This document shows positions 7,431-16,414 of a stretch of 54,360 nt of DNA, one piece after another; position 1 is the stretch's first letter, and each line of letters opens with the position of its first letter. The DNA is from Chthoniobacterales bacterium (GTDB taxonomy: Bacteria > Verrucomicrobiota > Verrucomicrobiia > Chthoniobacterales > JBKEAD01), in assembly GCA_047971915.1 (NCBI GenBank), contig JBKEAD010000057.1, positions 1-54,360 of the forward strand. The letters run 5' to 3'. The notes beneath the pieces were generated by a model. That model made no database searches and was not told the origin of the DNA. It saw only the letters and a program-made list of their open reading frames with translations. Both the position numbers and the translations under genes were made by a program.

Positions 7431-8596
7431 GTTTACCACTTGCTGATTCTGTAAAAACTATTCCGCGCTCGGGGATTCGCGATTTTTTTGAAGTCGTGCA
7501 GTCGATGAAAGATGTGATTTCGTTGGGGATTGGGGAGCCGGATTTTGTGACGCCTTGGAATATCCGCGAAGCTGCGATTTACGCTTTGGAGCAGGGAAGA
7601 ACGGGCTATACATCGAACTTGGGATTGCCACGATTGCGGCAGGTTATTTCGAGCTATGTGCGAAATGAATTTGGTATTTCATATTCGCCAGAGAATGAAA
7701 TTTTAGTTTCCGTCGGGGTGAGCGAGGCGATCGACCTTGCGTTGCGTACGCTTTTAAATCCGGGGGATGAGGTTATTTATCATGAGCCATGTTATGTTTC
7801 GTATAGTCCGAGTATATTGCTTGCGCAGGGGAGGCCGGTGGCGGTTGCGACGCAGGCAGAGGATGGTTTTCGCCTACGGGCTGAGGCTGTGGAGGCCGCG
7901 ATTACACCGCGCTCTAAGGTGCTGATGCTAAACTTTCCGACGAACCCTACGGGAGCGACGATGGATGTGGAGGAGCTCGATAAAATTGCTACGCTTTGTG
8001 AAAGGCATAATCTTGTGGTGCTGAGCGATGAGATTTACAGCGAGCTGACCTATGAGGATGAGGGAGCGAAGCGGCATGTGAGTATTGCGAGCCGTGCGGG
8101 GATGCGCGAGCGGACGGTTTTTTTGCATGGTGTCTCAAAGGCCTTTGCGATGACGGGGTGGCGGATTGGCTTTGCGTGTGCACCGGCGGAGCTTACGGAG
8201 GCGATGATGAAGATTCACCAATATTCGATTTTGTGTGCTTCGATCATGGGTCAGGAGGCTGCTGTGGAGGCTTTGCAAAATGGTAAGTCGTCGATGCTGG
8301 AAATGAAGCGGCAGTATGAGTATCGGCGAAATTTTATTGTGAGTTCGCTGCGTGAGATGGGCTTCGAGTGCTTACTCCCAAAGGGAGCTTTTTATGTTTT
8401 TCCGCGTATTGCATCGTCGGGTTTGAGTAGTAAGGAATTTTCGCTGCGTTTGCTTCAGGAGAAAAATGTGGCCGTGGTGCCGGGAACAGCTTTTGGTCCG
8501 AGTGGCGAAGGGTATGTGCGTTGCAGCTATGCGACGGCTTTGGATCAGATCAAGGAGGCGATGAAGCGTATGGCGGAGTTTAAAGAAAGCCTCTAA
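7427..8596 (+). CDS. PLP-dependent class I aminotransferase (AlaT/YugH-like)
   Basis: 389 aa. Motifs PRSGIRDFF, ISLGIGEPDFVTPWNIREA, NFPTNPTG and the PLP-lysine motif GVSKAFAMTGWRIG. The pairing with an Lrp regulator resembles the Bacillus alaR-alaT arrangement. Confidence 0.9.
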   Translation: MSLPLADSVKTIPRSGIRDFFEVVQSMKDVISLGIGEPDFVTPWNIREAAIYALEQGRTGYTSNLGLPRLRQVISSYVRNEFGISYSPENEILVSVGVSEAIDLALRTLLNPGDEVIYHEPCYVSYSPSILLAQGRPVAVATQAEDGFRLRAEAVEAAITPRSKVLMLNFPTNPTGATMDVEELDKIATLCERHNLVVLSDEIYSELTYEDEGAKRHVSIASRAGMRERTVFLHGVSKAFAMTGWRIGFACAPAELTEAMMKIHQYSILCASIMGQEAAVEALQNGKSSMLEMKRQYEYRRNFIVSSLREMGFECLLPKGAFYVFPRIASSGLSSKEFSLRLLQEKNVAVVPGTAFGPSGEGYVRCSYATALDQIKEAMKRMAEFKESL

Positions 8597-8611
8597 GTTT
8601 TTTTTCTTCCA

Positions 8612-9814
8612 GTGTCCAAGAGTTCGACTTCGGCGGGTGGCAGAGCTTATGACGTGATCGTCATCGGCGGCGGAGCGGCCGGGCTTTTTTGTGCTAGAGT
8701 TGCAGGAAGGCGGGGGAGGCGAGTGGCCGTTGTGGAGCAAAACGCACGACTCGGAAATAAAATTTTAATATCCGGTGGTGGGCGGTGTAACTTTACAAAT
8801 AGAGGGGCGACTTGGGAAAATTACTTGTCGGAAAATCCAAGGTTTTGTTGCTCTGCCTTGGCGCGATTTCAACCTAAAGATTTTGTGGCACTCGTGGAAA
8901 AGCATGGCGTGGCTTATCACGAAAAAACTTTGGGGCAGCTATTTTGCAATAAAAGTTCGCGACAGATACTCGATCTACTTTTACGGGAATGTGCGGATGC
9001 AGGCGTGCAGATTTTAAATCCTTGTCGCGTGACATCGCTGCGACACACAGACCGTTTTTATATCGAAACCTCTCAAGGGGAGCTATGTTCACAGTCCTTG
9101 GTTATCGCAACGGGCGGCTTGTCTTTTCCTAAGCTTGGAACGAGTGATTTTGGGTATCGCCTAGCGCGACAGTTTGAAATTCCGGTTTGTGATCCTAGAC
9201 CCGGGTTGGTGCCTTTGAATTTTTCGGAAGAGGATAGGCAGATTTTTGGAAGTTTGAGCGGAGTGGCTCTGCCGGTGCGTGCGTTTAAGGAGGATAAGAG
9301 CTTTTCGGAGGCTGCACTTTTTACGCATCGCGGAATGAGTGGGCCGGCGATTTTGCAAATTTCGTCGTATTGGAAAAAAGGTGATCCCGTTTACCTCGAT
9401 CTTTTACCGGGAGAATCGCAAAAAAATTGCTTGATAAAACATCGTGGAAGACAAAAGCAACTTTTGAACTTGCTGGCCGGATATTGGCCGCGTCGCTTTG
9501 CTGAAATTTGGTGCGAACGATATGCATGTGCCGGACGGAAAACTTTGGCGCAACTCACGCAAAACGAAATGCAGAGAATTGACGAGCTTTTACATGCGTG
9601 GCCAGTGATTTTTGAAAAAACAGCCGGCTTTTCAAAAGCGGAAGTGACCTGTGGTGGGATCGCAACAGAGGCTCTTTCGTCGAAAACGATGGAGGCAAAA
9701 GCTGCACCGGGACTTTATTTTATTGGCGAAGTCGTTGATGTTACTGGCTGGCTTGGTGGCTATAATTTTCAGTGGGCCTGGGCCAGCGGTCATGCTGCCG
9801 GGCTGGCTTGTTAG
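8612..9814 (+). CDS. NAD(P)/FAD-dependent oxidoreductase, HI0933/YhiN (BaiN-like) family
   Basis: 400 aa with a GTG start. Motifs YDVIVIGGGAAGLF, SGGGRCNFTN and YFIGEVVDVTGWLGGYNFQWAW. Confidence 0.85.
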   Translation: MSKSSTSAGGRAYDVIVIGGGAAGLFCARVAGRRGRRVAVVEQNARLGNKILISGGGRCNFTNRGATWENYLSENPRFCCSALARFQPKDFVALVEKHGVAYHEKTLGQLFCNKSSRQILDLLLRECADAGVQILNPCRVTSLRHTDRFYIETSQGELCSQSLVIATGGLSFPKLGTSDFGYRLARQFEIPVCDPRPGLVPLNFSEEDRQIFGSLSGVALPVRAFKEDKSFSEAALFTHRGMSGPAILQISSYWKKGDPVYLDLLPGESQKNCLIKHRGRQKQLLNLLAGYWPRRFAEIWCERYACAGRKTLAQLTQNEMQRIDELLHAWPVIFEKTAGFSKAEVTCGGIATEALSSKTMEAKAAPGLYFIGEVVDVTGWLGGYNFQWAWASGHAAGLAC

Positions 9815-9890
9815 CCCCAACACGAATTTTTACGGGTTAATTTAAAATCAGCCTTTGCCAGCAAAAGCAGAGTCTGACATAAGGGAGGGC

Positions 9891-10460
9891 ATGTCAGTTT
9901 GTTGTGATAAATGGATTCGTAAAATGGCCGAGGAAAAAGGAATGATCGAGCCGTTTGAAAGTGGTCAGGTGCGGGCGGCTAAGGATGGAGGGCGCATCAT
10001 TAGCTACGGGGTTTCAAGTTACGGTTACGATTTGCGAGTTTCTACAGAGTTTAAAGTTTTTACGAATGTCTTTCATACCGTCGTGGATCCTAAAGCGTTT
10101 GATCCGAAATCTTTTGTCGATGTGGAGACGGATGTTTGTATTGTGCCGCCTAATTCCTTTGCCCTTGCTCGAAGCGTAGAGTTTTTCCGTATTCCTCGCG
10201 ATGTGCTGACAGTTTGTGTCGGTAAATCGACCTATGCTCGCTGTGGGATTATTGTAAATGTAACGCCTTTTGAGCCGGAGTGGGAGGGACATGTGACCCT
10301 AGAAATTTCTAACACAACTCCACTGCCCGCGAAAATCTATGCAAATGAGGGACTGGCGCAGGTTGTTTTTTTTAAGGCCGACGAAGTTTGCGAGACGAGT
10401 TACAAAGATCGCGCCGGTAAATACATGGGGCAACGAGGCATTACGATTCCGCGCATGTGA
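9891..10460 (+). CDS. dcd: dCTP deaminase
   Basis: The start was moved to the ATG at 9891, preceded by agggaggg; the tracked 9855 start is a TTG. 189 aa. Motifs [39 protein letters not shown] and EGLAQVVFF. Confidence 0.9.
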   Translation: MSVCCDKWIRKMAEEKGMIEPFESGQVRAAKDGGRIISYGVSSYGYDLRVSTEFKVFTNVFHTVVDPKAFDPKSFVDVETDVCIVPPNSFALARSVEFFRIPRDVLTVCVGKSTYARCGIIVNVTPFEPEWEGHVTLEISNTTPLPAKIYANEGLAQVVFFKADEVCETSYKDRAGKYMGQRGITIPRM

Positions 10461-10846
10461 AAATTTTGTTGGCAGTCATGCTAGGCGGTGCGCTAGGGAG
10501 TGCCGGACGCTATGGACTGTCTCTTTTGGCTGCCGCTTTATTTGGTTTGGCGTGGCCGATTGGAACCTTGTTGGCCAATATTCTAGGCTCGGGAGTTATG
10601 GGCTTGTTGATGGCATTTTTTAATATGGCAGAGCCTGTGGCCTGGGGTGGGGAGCTGCGTGCATTTCTTTTAGTTGGCCTATTAGGCGGATTCACGACCT
10701 TTTCATCCTTTAGTATAGAGAGTGTCGGCTTGTTAATGAATGGACAATTTTTTGCTGCGCTGAGTTATATTTTGCTTTCTTTATTTTTATGTCTCAGCGT
10801 GGCTTGGGCTACTTTTCAAGTGGGTAATATGATTTTTGCCAGATGA
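10457..10846 (+). CDS. crcB: fluoride ion channel CrcB/FluC
   Basis: 129 aa. The GTG start overlaps the dcd stop. Four TM helices, with motifs [10 protein letters not shown] and GGFTTFSSF. Confidence 0.9.
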   Translation: MKILLAVMLGGALGSAGRYGLSLLAAALFGLAWPIGTLLANILGSGVMGLLMAFFNMAEPVAWGGELRAFLLVGLLGGFTTFSSFSIESVGLLMNGQFFAALSYILLSLFLCLSVAWATFQVGNMIFAR

Positions 10847-10852
10847 TATAAA

Positions 10853-12301
10853 ATGATCGCCGAAATCTTTTACGACAAAAATAAGTTTTTCATTCTGGAG
10901 CTTGTTATCGCACTCTTTCATCTCGTGGGCTGGGTGCTTATAGTAAGAGCTTTATTGATAGCTCGCACCTCGCAGTCTGCCATCGGCTGGGTCTTGGGAT
11001 TGTTTTTTTTGCCGTATATCACGGTGCCTTTATTTTTAGTTTTCGGCCAATCCAAATTCTCGGGTTACACGCTGAGTGGTGAGGGTAAATCTCCCGAGCT
11101 TGATAAGCTGCGCGAGAGGGTAAAAGCGGCTTTGAAAAATTTTGAGACGCCGCTTGGAGATCGTTACGGCGACCTCCGAAGAATGTTTCAACGCCTTTCG
11201 GGCTTGTCCCCTGTCGGCGGAAATGAAGTTAAACTTTTGGTCGATGGGCAACAGACATTCGATGCGGTTTTCGAAGCAATCGATCAGGCTCAGAGATTTT
11301 TAGTCATACAGTTTTACATCATTCACGACGATAAACTAGGGCAGAGGTTAAAACAAAAACTAATCGCTGCAAGGCATCGCGGAGTCACGGTTTATGTCCT
11401 TTACGATGGAATTGGTTCCAAAAAACTTCCCGAGACATATCGTCAGGAGCTTTTACAAAAAGGTGTCAAAATAGCTGCATTTGTTACGAACCGAGAGTTG
11501 GGTGTGCGTTTTCAAATAAATTTTCGCAATCATAGAAAGCTGGTCATTGTGGATGGGCATGTCGGCTTTACAGGTGGCCTCAATGTCGGAGACGAATATA
11601 TGGGGGAAAGTTCGGCATTTGGTCCGTGGAGAGATACACATATTCGAGTAACTGGTCCGGCTGTTACCGCCATGCAGCTAGCTTTTGCCGAAGACTGGCA
11701 CTACGCTGCCAATGAAATTCCCGATTTGCCCATTGCCCCCGAGCTTGCGGGTAGCAAGCGGGGATTTTATTTTTGGAGTGGGCCGGCAGACTCCGTAGAG
11801 ATTTGCCCGGCACTTTACTTAGAAATGATCCGCACAGCTAAGCAACGCTTATGGATTGCATCACCCTATTTTGTGCCCGATATCGCTTTGCGTTTGGCAT
11901 TGCAACATGCTGCACTTCGCGGAGTAGATGTTCGGATTATTTTGCCCGGCATGGCAGATCATAAACTGCCCTATTTGTCTTCATTTGGTTTTTATCCCTT
12001 TATGCGCAAAGCCGGAATTCGACTTTACCGGATGAAAGAAGGCTTTATGCATCAGAAGGTATTGCTCATTGATGATGAACTCGCAATGGTCGGTTCTGTA
12101 AATTTGGATTCGCGCTCTTTTATGCTGAATTTTGAATCTGCTATGGTCGTGCAAGATCATGCATTTTGTCACGAAATGGAAGAAATGCTCCTAGCAGATA
12201 TAGCGGCCTCAAATGAAGAGAATCTAGATCGCTATGAGAAGGGAAACCTGCTCTTTCGCCTAAAAGTTCGTGCGGCCAGCCTCATGGCACCGGAGCAATA
12301 A
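10853..12301 (+). CDS. cls: cardiolipin synthase (PLD superfamily)
   Basis: 482 aa with N-terminal TM helices and two HKD motifs, HRKLVIVDG and HQKVLLIDD. Confidence 0.9.
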   Translation: MIAEIFYDKNKFFILELVIALFHLVGWVLIVRALLIARTSQSAIGWVLGLFFLPYITVPLFLVFGQSKFSGYTLSGEGKSPELDKLRERVKAALKNFETPLGDRYGDLRRMFQRLSGLSPVGGNEVKLLVDGQQTFDAVFEAIDQAQRFLVIQFYIIHDDKLGQRLKQKLIAARHRGVTVYVLYDGIGSKKLPETYRQELLQKGVKIAAFVTNRELGVRFQINFRNHRKLVIVDGHVGFTGGLNVGDEYMGESSAFGPWRDTHIRVTGPAVTAMQLAFAEDWHYAANEIPDLPIAPELAGSKRGFYFWSGPADSVEICPALYLEMIRTAKQRLWIASPYFVPDIALRLALQHAALRGVDVRIILPGMADHKLPYLSSFGFYPFMRKAGIRLYRMKEGFMHQKVLLIDDELAMVGSVNLDSRSFMLNFESAMVVQDHAFCHEMEEMLLADIAASNEENLDRYEKGNLLFRLKVRAASLMAPEQ

Positions 12302-12400
12302 AAAATTACTCCGAATCCAAAATAGATCAAATATATCTGCCGACGTTGATTTTTTAGAATTTTCGATTAGCTTTTTACGAACACCTTTTTATTAAATCTC

Positions 12401-13216
12401 ATGTCTCAAAATTCCTTATTCGATCTTTCTGGTGAAACGGCACTCGTCATTGGTGCCACGGGCGTCCTTGGTGGAGCGATGGCCGAAGCCCTTGCCGCCG
12501 CCGGCGCAAAAGTGGCCGTCGGTGGACGTAATATGGAACGTGGTTTTGAACGCGTGGAGGCAATTACAACTGCGGGAGGACAGGCAACCTTTGTCGAAAT
12601 AGATGCTTCCTCAAGGGAAAGTTTAGAGGAAGCTGCTACTCAAGTCGAAAAACAATATGCCCCTGTTTCGGTTTTAGTAAACGCTGCCGGCGGTAATGCT
12701 CCAAAGGTTGTTGTCACGCCCGACAATCCCTTTGAGGCAATTTCTTTGGAAGCTTTTCAAGAAAACGTGGACCTTAATTTGGTTGGTGGCGTTTTTCTTC
12801 CCTGCCAAGTTTTTGGGCCACGCATGTGTGCGCAGCGACATGGAAGTATTATTAATATAGCAAGCGTGGCAGCACATCATCCGCTTTCCAAAGTCGTCGT
12901 CTATTCCGCAGCAAAAGCGGCGGTTCTAAATATAACACGTTTTCTCGGGCGTGAGTGGGCTTCACAAGGAGTTCGCGTAAATTCGATCACACCGGGATTT
13001 TTTCCCGCCGAACAAAATAAAAAACTTCTTTTTAATGAAGACGGCACACCAACCCCGCGAGCCCAATCTATCCTCGATCACACGGGCATGAAACGTTTCG
13101 GCGAGGCAAAAGAGCTTGGTGGAGCCGCCGTGTTTCTTGCAAGCGAGGCAGCCAGTGGATTTATTACAGGAACGGACATTCGCGTGGATGGAGGATTCCT
13201 CTCTCAAACAATTTAA
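12401..13216 (+). CDS. SDR family oxidoreductase (sugar-acid / mannonate-type SDR-like)
   Basis: 271 aa. Motifs GATGVLGG and NAAGGN, and the catalytic YSAAKAAV (YxxxK). It ends 5 nt before the LarA-like gene. Confidence 0.85.
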   Translation: MSQNSLFDLSGETALVIGATGVLGGAMAEALAAAGAKVAVGGRNMERGFERVEAITTAGGQATFVEIDASSRESLEEAATQVEKQYAPVSVLVNAAGGNAPKVVVTPDNPFEAISLEAFQENVDLNLVGGVFLPCQVFGPRMCAQRHGSIINIASVAAHHPLSKVVVYSAAKAAVLNITRFLGREWASQGVRVNSITPGFFPAEQNKKLLFNEDGTPTPRAQSILDHTGMKRFGEAKELGGAAVFLASEAASGFITGTDIRVDGGFLSQTI

Positions 13217-13221
13217 ACAAA

Positions 13222-14502
13222 ATGGCTCTCTCTTCTCTTCGCGCCGCAAAAAATGAATCTCTAACACAAGAGCAAGTCAGCTCGCTCGTTGCCGCCGCAA
13301 CTCAGAATGTGAGTTGGAAAAATAAACGCGTGCTCGTCATCGTACCCGATAATACACGAACCGCACCGGTGGGCAGTGTTTTCAAAGCTCTACATGCAGA
13401 GATCGCCGAAGCATGTGCGGCCTTTGATATTATGATAGCTCTCGGCACCCATCCACCAATGAGTGAAGAGGCCATTCAAGAACGCCTTGAAATCACACCG
13501 GAAGAGCGAAAGGGTCACTACGCCAAAGTAAATTTTTTAAATCACGAATGGGATAACCCGGCGGCACTTCGAAAAATTGGAACGATTCCGGCCGCTGAGA
13601 TCGATATACTCTCCGGCGGACTTTTTTCTATGGATGTCCCCGTGCATGTGAATGCTCGACTCTACGACTACGATCAAATTATTATAATAGGTCCGGTCTT
13701 TCCGCATGAAGTCGTAGGCTGCTCCGGTGGAAATAAATATCTTTTTCCTGGCGTGGCAGGACCCGAAATTCTGAATTTCTTCCACTGGTTGGGCGCGGTC
13801 ATTACTAATCCGATGATTATTGGAAATAAATGGACTCCTGTTCGCAAAGTTGTCGACCGTGCAGCAGCTCTCATCGATCTCCCGAAAATCTGTTTTTGTC
13901 TTGTCGTCGAAAAACAAAATTTTGCTGGACTTTATGCGGGAACACCTGAAGAAGCTTGGGATGCAGCGAGTGATCTCTCCCAAGAATTGCACATTGTTTA
14001 TAAAAAGAAACCTTTCAAAACAGTCCTCTCCTGCGCCCCCAAAATGTATGACGAGCTTTGGGTTGGCGGTAAGTGTATGTATAAGCTCGAACCCGTAGTT
14101 GCCGATGGCGGGGAGCTTATCATATATGCTCCTCACATCCATGAAGTCTCCGTGGTTCACGGCAAACTCATCCGCGAAATCGGCTATCATTGCCGAGATT
14201 ATTTTTTAAAACAGTGGGATAAATTTAAAGACTATCCTTGGGGAACAATAGCACATTCAACACACGTCCGAGGCGTTGGCACTTATGAAAATGGCGTTGA
14301 AAAATGTCGTATTCAAGTGACTCTAGCTACCGGAATTCCCGAATCGATCTGTCGTGAGATTAATTTGGGTTATCGAGATCCGAAAAGTATTTGTGTAGAA
14401 GATTATGCAGATAAAGAAGATGAAGGGATTCTTTATGTGCCAAAGGCTGGAGAAATGCTTTACCACCTAGAACAACGTCCGGCATGGGCTGCCGAAACTT
14501 GA
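13222..14502 (+). CDS. LarA-like (lactate racemase / DUF2088) nickel-pincer-dependent 2-hydroxyacid racemase/epimerase family protein
   Basis: 426 aa. The N-terminal pattern VLVIVPDNTRTAPV ... IALGTHPPMSEE ... CSGGNKYLFPG resembles the LarA family signature. This is recognised from memory, not from a search. Confidence 0.65.
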   Translation: MALSSLRAAKNESLTQEQVSSLVAAATQNVSWKNKRVLVIVPDNTRTAPVGSVFKALHAEIAEACAAFDIMIALGTHPPMSEEAIQERLEITPEERKGHYAKVNFLNHEWDNPAALRKIGTIPAAEIDILSGGLFSMDVPVHVNARLYDYDQIIIIGPVFPHEVVGCSGGNKYLFPGVAGPEILNFFHWLGAVITNPMIIGNKWTPVRKVVDRAAALIDLPKICFCLVVEKQNFAGLYAGTPEEAWDAASDLSQELHIVYKKKPFKTVLSCAPKMYDELWVGGKCMYKLEPVVADGGELIIYAPHIHEVSVVHGKLIREIGYHCRDYFLKQWDKFKDYPWGTIAHSTHVRGVGTYENGVEKCRIQVTLATGIPESICREINLGYRDPKSICVEDYADKEDEGILYVPKAGEMLYHLEQRPAWAAET

Positions 14503-14524
14503 TTTTTATTGCGCTGCTGCCCCT

Positions 14525-16390
14525 ATGAGCCAAAATAATGAATCGTCGCAAAAAATTTCCTTATGGCGATTTTGGCTTACAGGCTACATTTTCTTTTTTC
14601 TTTTTATACTCTGGGATGCAGCACTAGCTTTTTGGCGTCCGGGAGAATTGAGATTTAGTTTTTTAGCGTATGCTTGCAGTCTTATCATAAGTTTTCTTTT
14701 CTGGACAGCTCTAAGACTTTTATCACTTATATTACCATATCATTGGCAAAATATCCTTGCGGGAATAGTCGCCTTTATGAGCGCGCTTATTCTAATCATC
14801 AATACCGGAGTTTATTTGGCTTTCGGCCAATATCTTTCAGGATCGATGATTCATTTTTTAGATAAAGACCCAACTTATATTTGGGCTTTTATAAAAGTTT
14901 ATTTTTTGGGGTGGCTGGGTATTGCTTTGATTATTTTAAGCCTCATTTTTTATTTTGGATGGCATCAGCGAATACAGTCCAAATTTTCGCTTAGAAGAAC
15001 TTATTTATTATTATTCGCCACGAGTTTACTGCTGCTATCTATACTTATAAATTTAGGATCACCCCTATCAAGATATCGTATAGGGATTGATAGTTCTGTT
15101 TTAATAGCTTTTTTAGATACGGGATCGTCTAAGGAAATTGTAAATTTACAATTTGGCAACCGCCGTGCTGTTGCACCGCCGACAGACAATAAAAAATTTA
15201 CACCGAATGTTTTGTTATTTGCCAATGAATCGTTGGGAAGACGCATCGGTGGTTTGAGCTTTTATGGAGATAATACAGACGCAATGCCATTTTTATCTAG
15301 CCTAATCAAATCCAAGCCGCATGATTTTTTTATTTTTAAAAACGCTCTTTCTAATAGCACGGCAACAGACGTTAGTTTACCCTCATTGTTTACGGGAATC
15401 GGGCCCGAACTTTCAGCTCAAGATCTTTTTCAAGCACCGCTTCTTTGGGATTGGTTAAAAGCAGCTAATCCCGATTATAAAACAGTCTTTGGTAGCCCTG
15501 TTGTTTTTTCTTGGTCTCACCTCAACCAAATTCTTGGATTTTCCGAGGTCGATGAAGTTTATACCTCTGAAGAACTTCCCGGAGAGTTTATTAATGACCT
15601 CGGTATCGATGAGGCGATAGCTGCAAGAAAATTTGCTCAAACTTTGGGAGAGATACCTAACGAGCAACATTTTGTAGCGGCTTACTTTTCCAATGCTCTG
15701 CATAATCCATTTCAAACAGAATCTTTATTTTTTAATGGGGTAGCCCCCGGAGATACTCGCTTTCATAAAGCACTGCATATTGTCGATGCTGCGTTTAAAG
15801 AAATTTGGATCGCTCTTGAGACATCCGGAAAATTAGATGATACGATTATCATTATTACCGGAGATCATGGCGAGATGGATGTTCCAACGCAGCACGGACA
15901 CCGCCTTTATTCATTCTATGAAGAATACTGGGGAGTTACTTTTATTATTATAATACCTGAAGCATTACAGAGAAAAATACCTTCAGAAAAAATAGAAGCA
16001 TTAAGAAATAATCAGAAAAAATTAATTAGTAATCTCGATATAATACCCTCTTTAGCTGATTTGTTCTCATTAGAAAATACCAATCAACTAAATGTTAAAG
16101 CACTTGGAGGAGCTTCGCTTTTTAAAGAGCTTTCTGAAGATCGTTTTGTTATAGGACTAAGCACGAATGATATACGCAGCTGGACGCAAGAAGGATTTGG
16201 AATTGCCAGAGGAAATAAGCGTCTTATATATAATAATGTATCAGGAATATTTTATTATGATTTATCGGCAGATCCTGAGCAGAAAAATAATTTAATAAAG
16301 ACCCTGTCCCCCAAAGAGGAAAAAAGGTATCTTGATATAATTCAGGCCAATAAACATCTTCAACGAATTCTGAGACCTCCTAGTAAATAG
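14525..16390 (+). CDS. LtaS/OpgB-like membrane-anchored sulfatase-fold (alkaline phosphatase superfamily) transferase
   Basis: 621 aa. It has about five N-terminal TM helices followed by an extracytoplasmic domain with IIITGDHGE. GC is markedly low: hand counts give 19/60 at 15061-15120 and 15/60 at 15961-16020. Confidence 0.7.
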   Translation: MSQNNESSQKISLWRFWLTGYIFFFLFILWDAALAFWRPGELRFSFLAYACSLIISFLFWTALRLLSLILPYHWQNILAGIVAFMSALILIINTGVYLAFGQYLSGSMIHFLDKDPTYIWAFIKVYFLGWLGIALIILSLIFYFGWHQRIQSKFSLRRTYLLLFATSLLLLSILINLGSPLSRYRIGIDSSVLIAFLDTGSSKEIVNLQFGNRRAVAPPTDNKKFTPNVLLFANESLGRRIGGLSFYGDNTDAMPFLSSLIKSKPHDFFIFKNALSNSTATDVSLPSLFTGIGPELSAQDLFQAPLLWDWLKAANPDYKTVFGSPVVFSWSHLNQILGFSEVDEVYTSEELPGEFINDLGIDEAIAARKFAQTLGEIPNEQHFVAAYFSNALHNPFQTESLFFNGVAPGDTRFHKALHIVDAAFKEIWIALETSGKLDDTIIIITGDHGEMDVPTQHGHRLYSFYEEYWGVTFIIIIPEALQRKIPSEKIEALRNNQKKLISNLDIIPSLADLFSLENTNQLNVKALGGASLFKELSEDRFVIGLSTNDIRSWTQEGFGIARGNKRLIYNNVSGIFYYDLSADPEQKNNLIKTLSPKEEKRYLDIIQANKHLQRILRPPSK

Positions 16391-16414
16391 ATGGCAGACG
16401 GCAGTGTAGATAAT

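Noticed and set aside
10380-10460. An expected fluoride riboswitch upstream of crcB.
   Set aside because: The crcB GTG start overlaps the dcd stop codon, so there is no room for a leader and no crcB-motif-like sequence.
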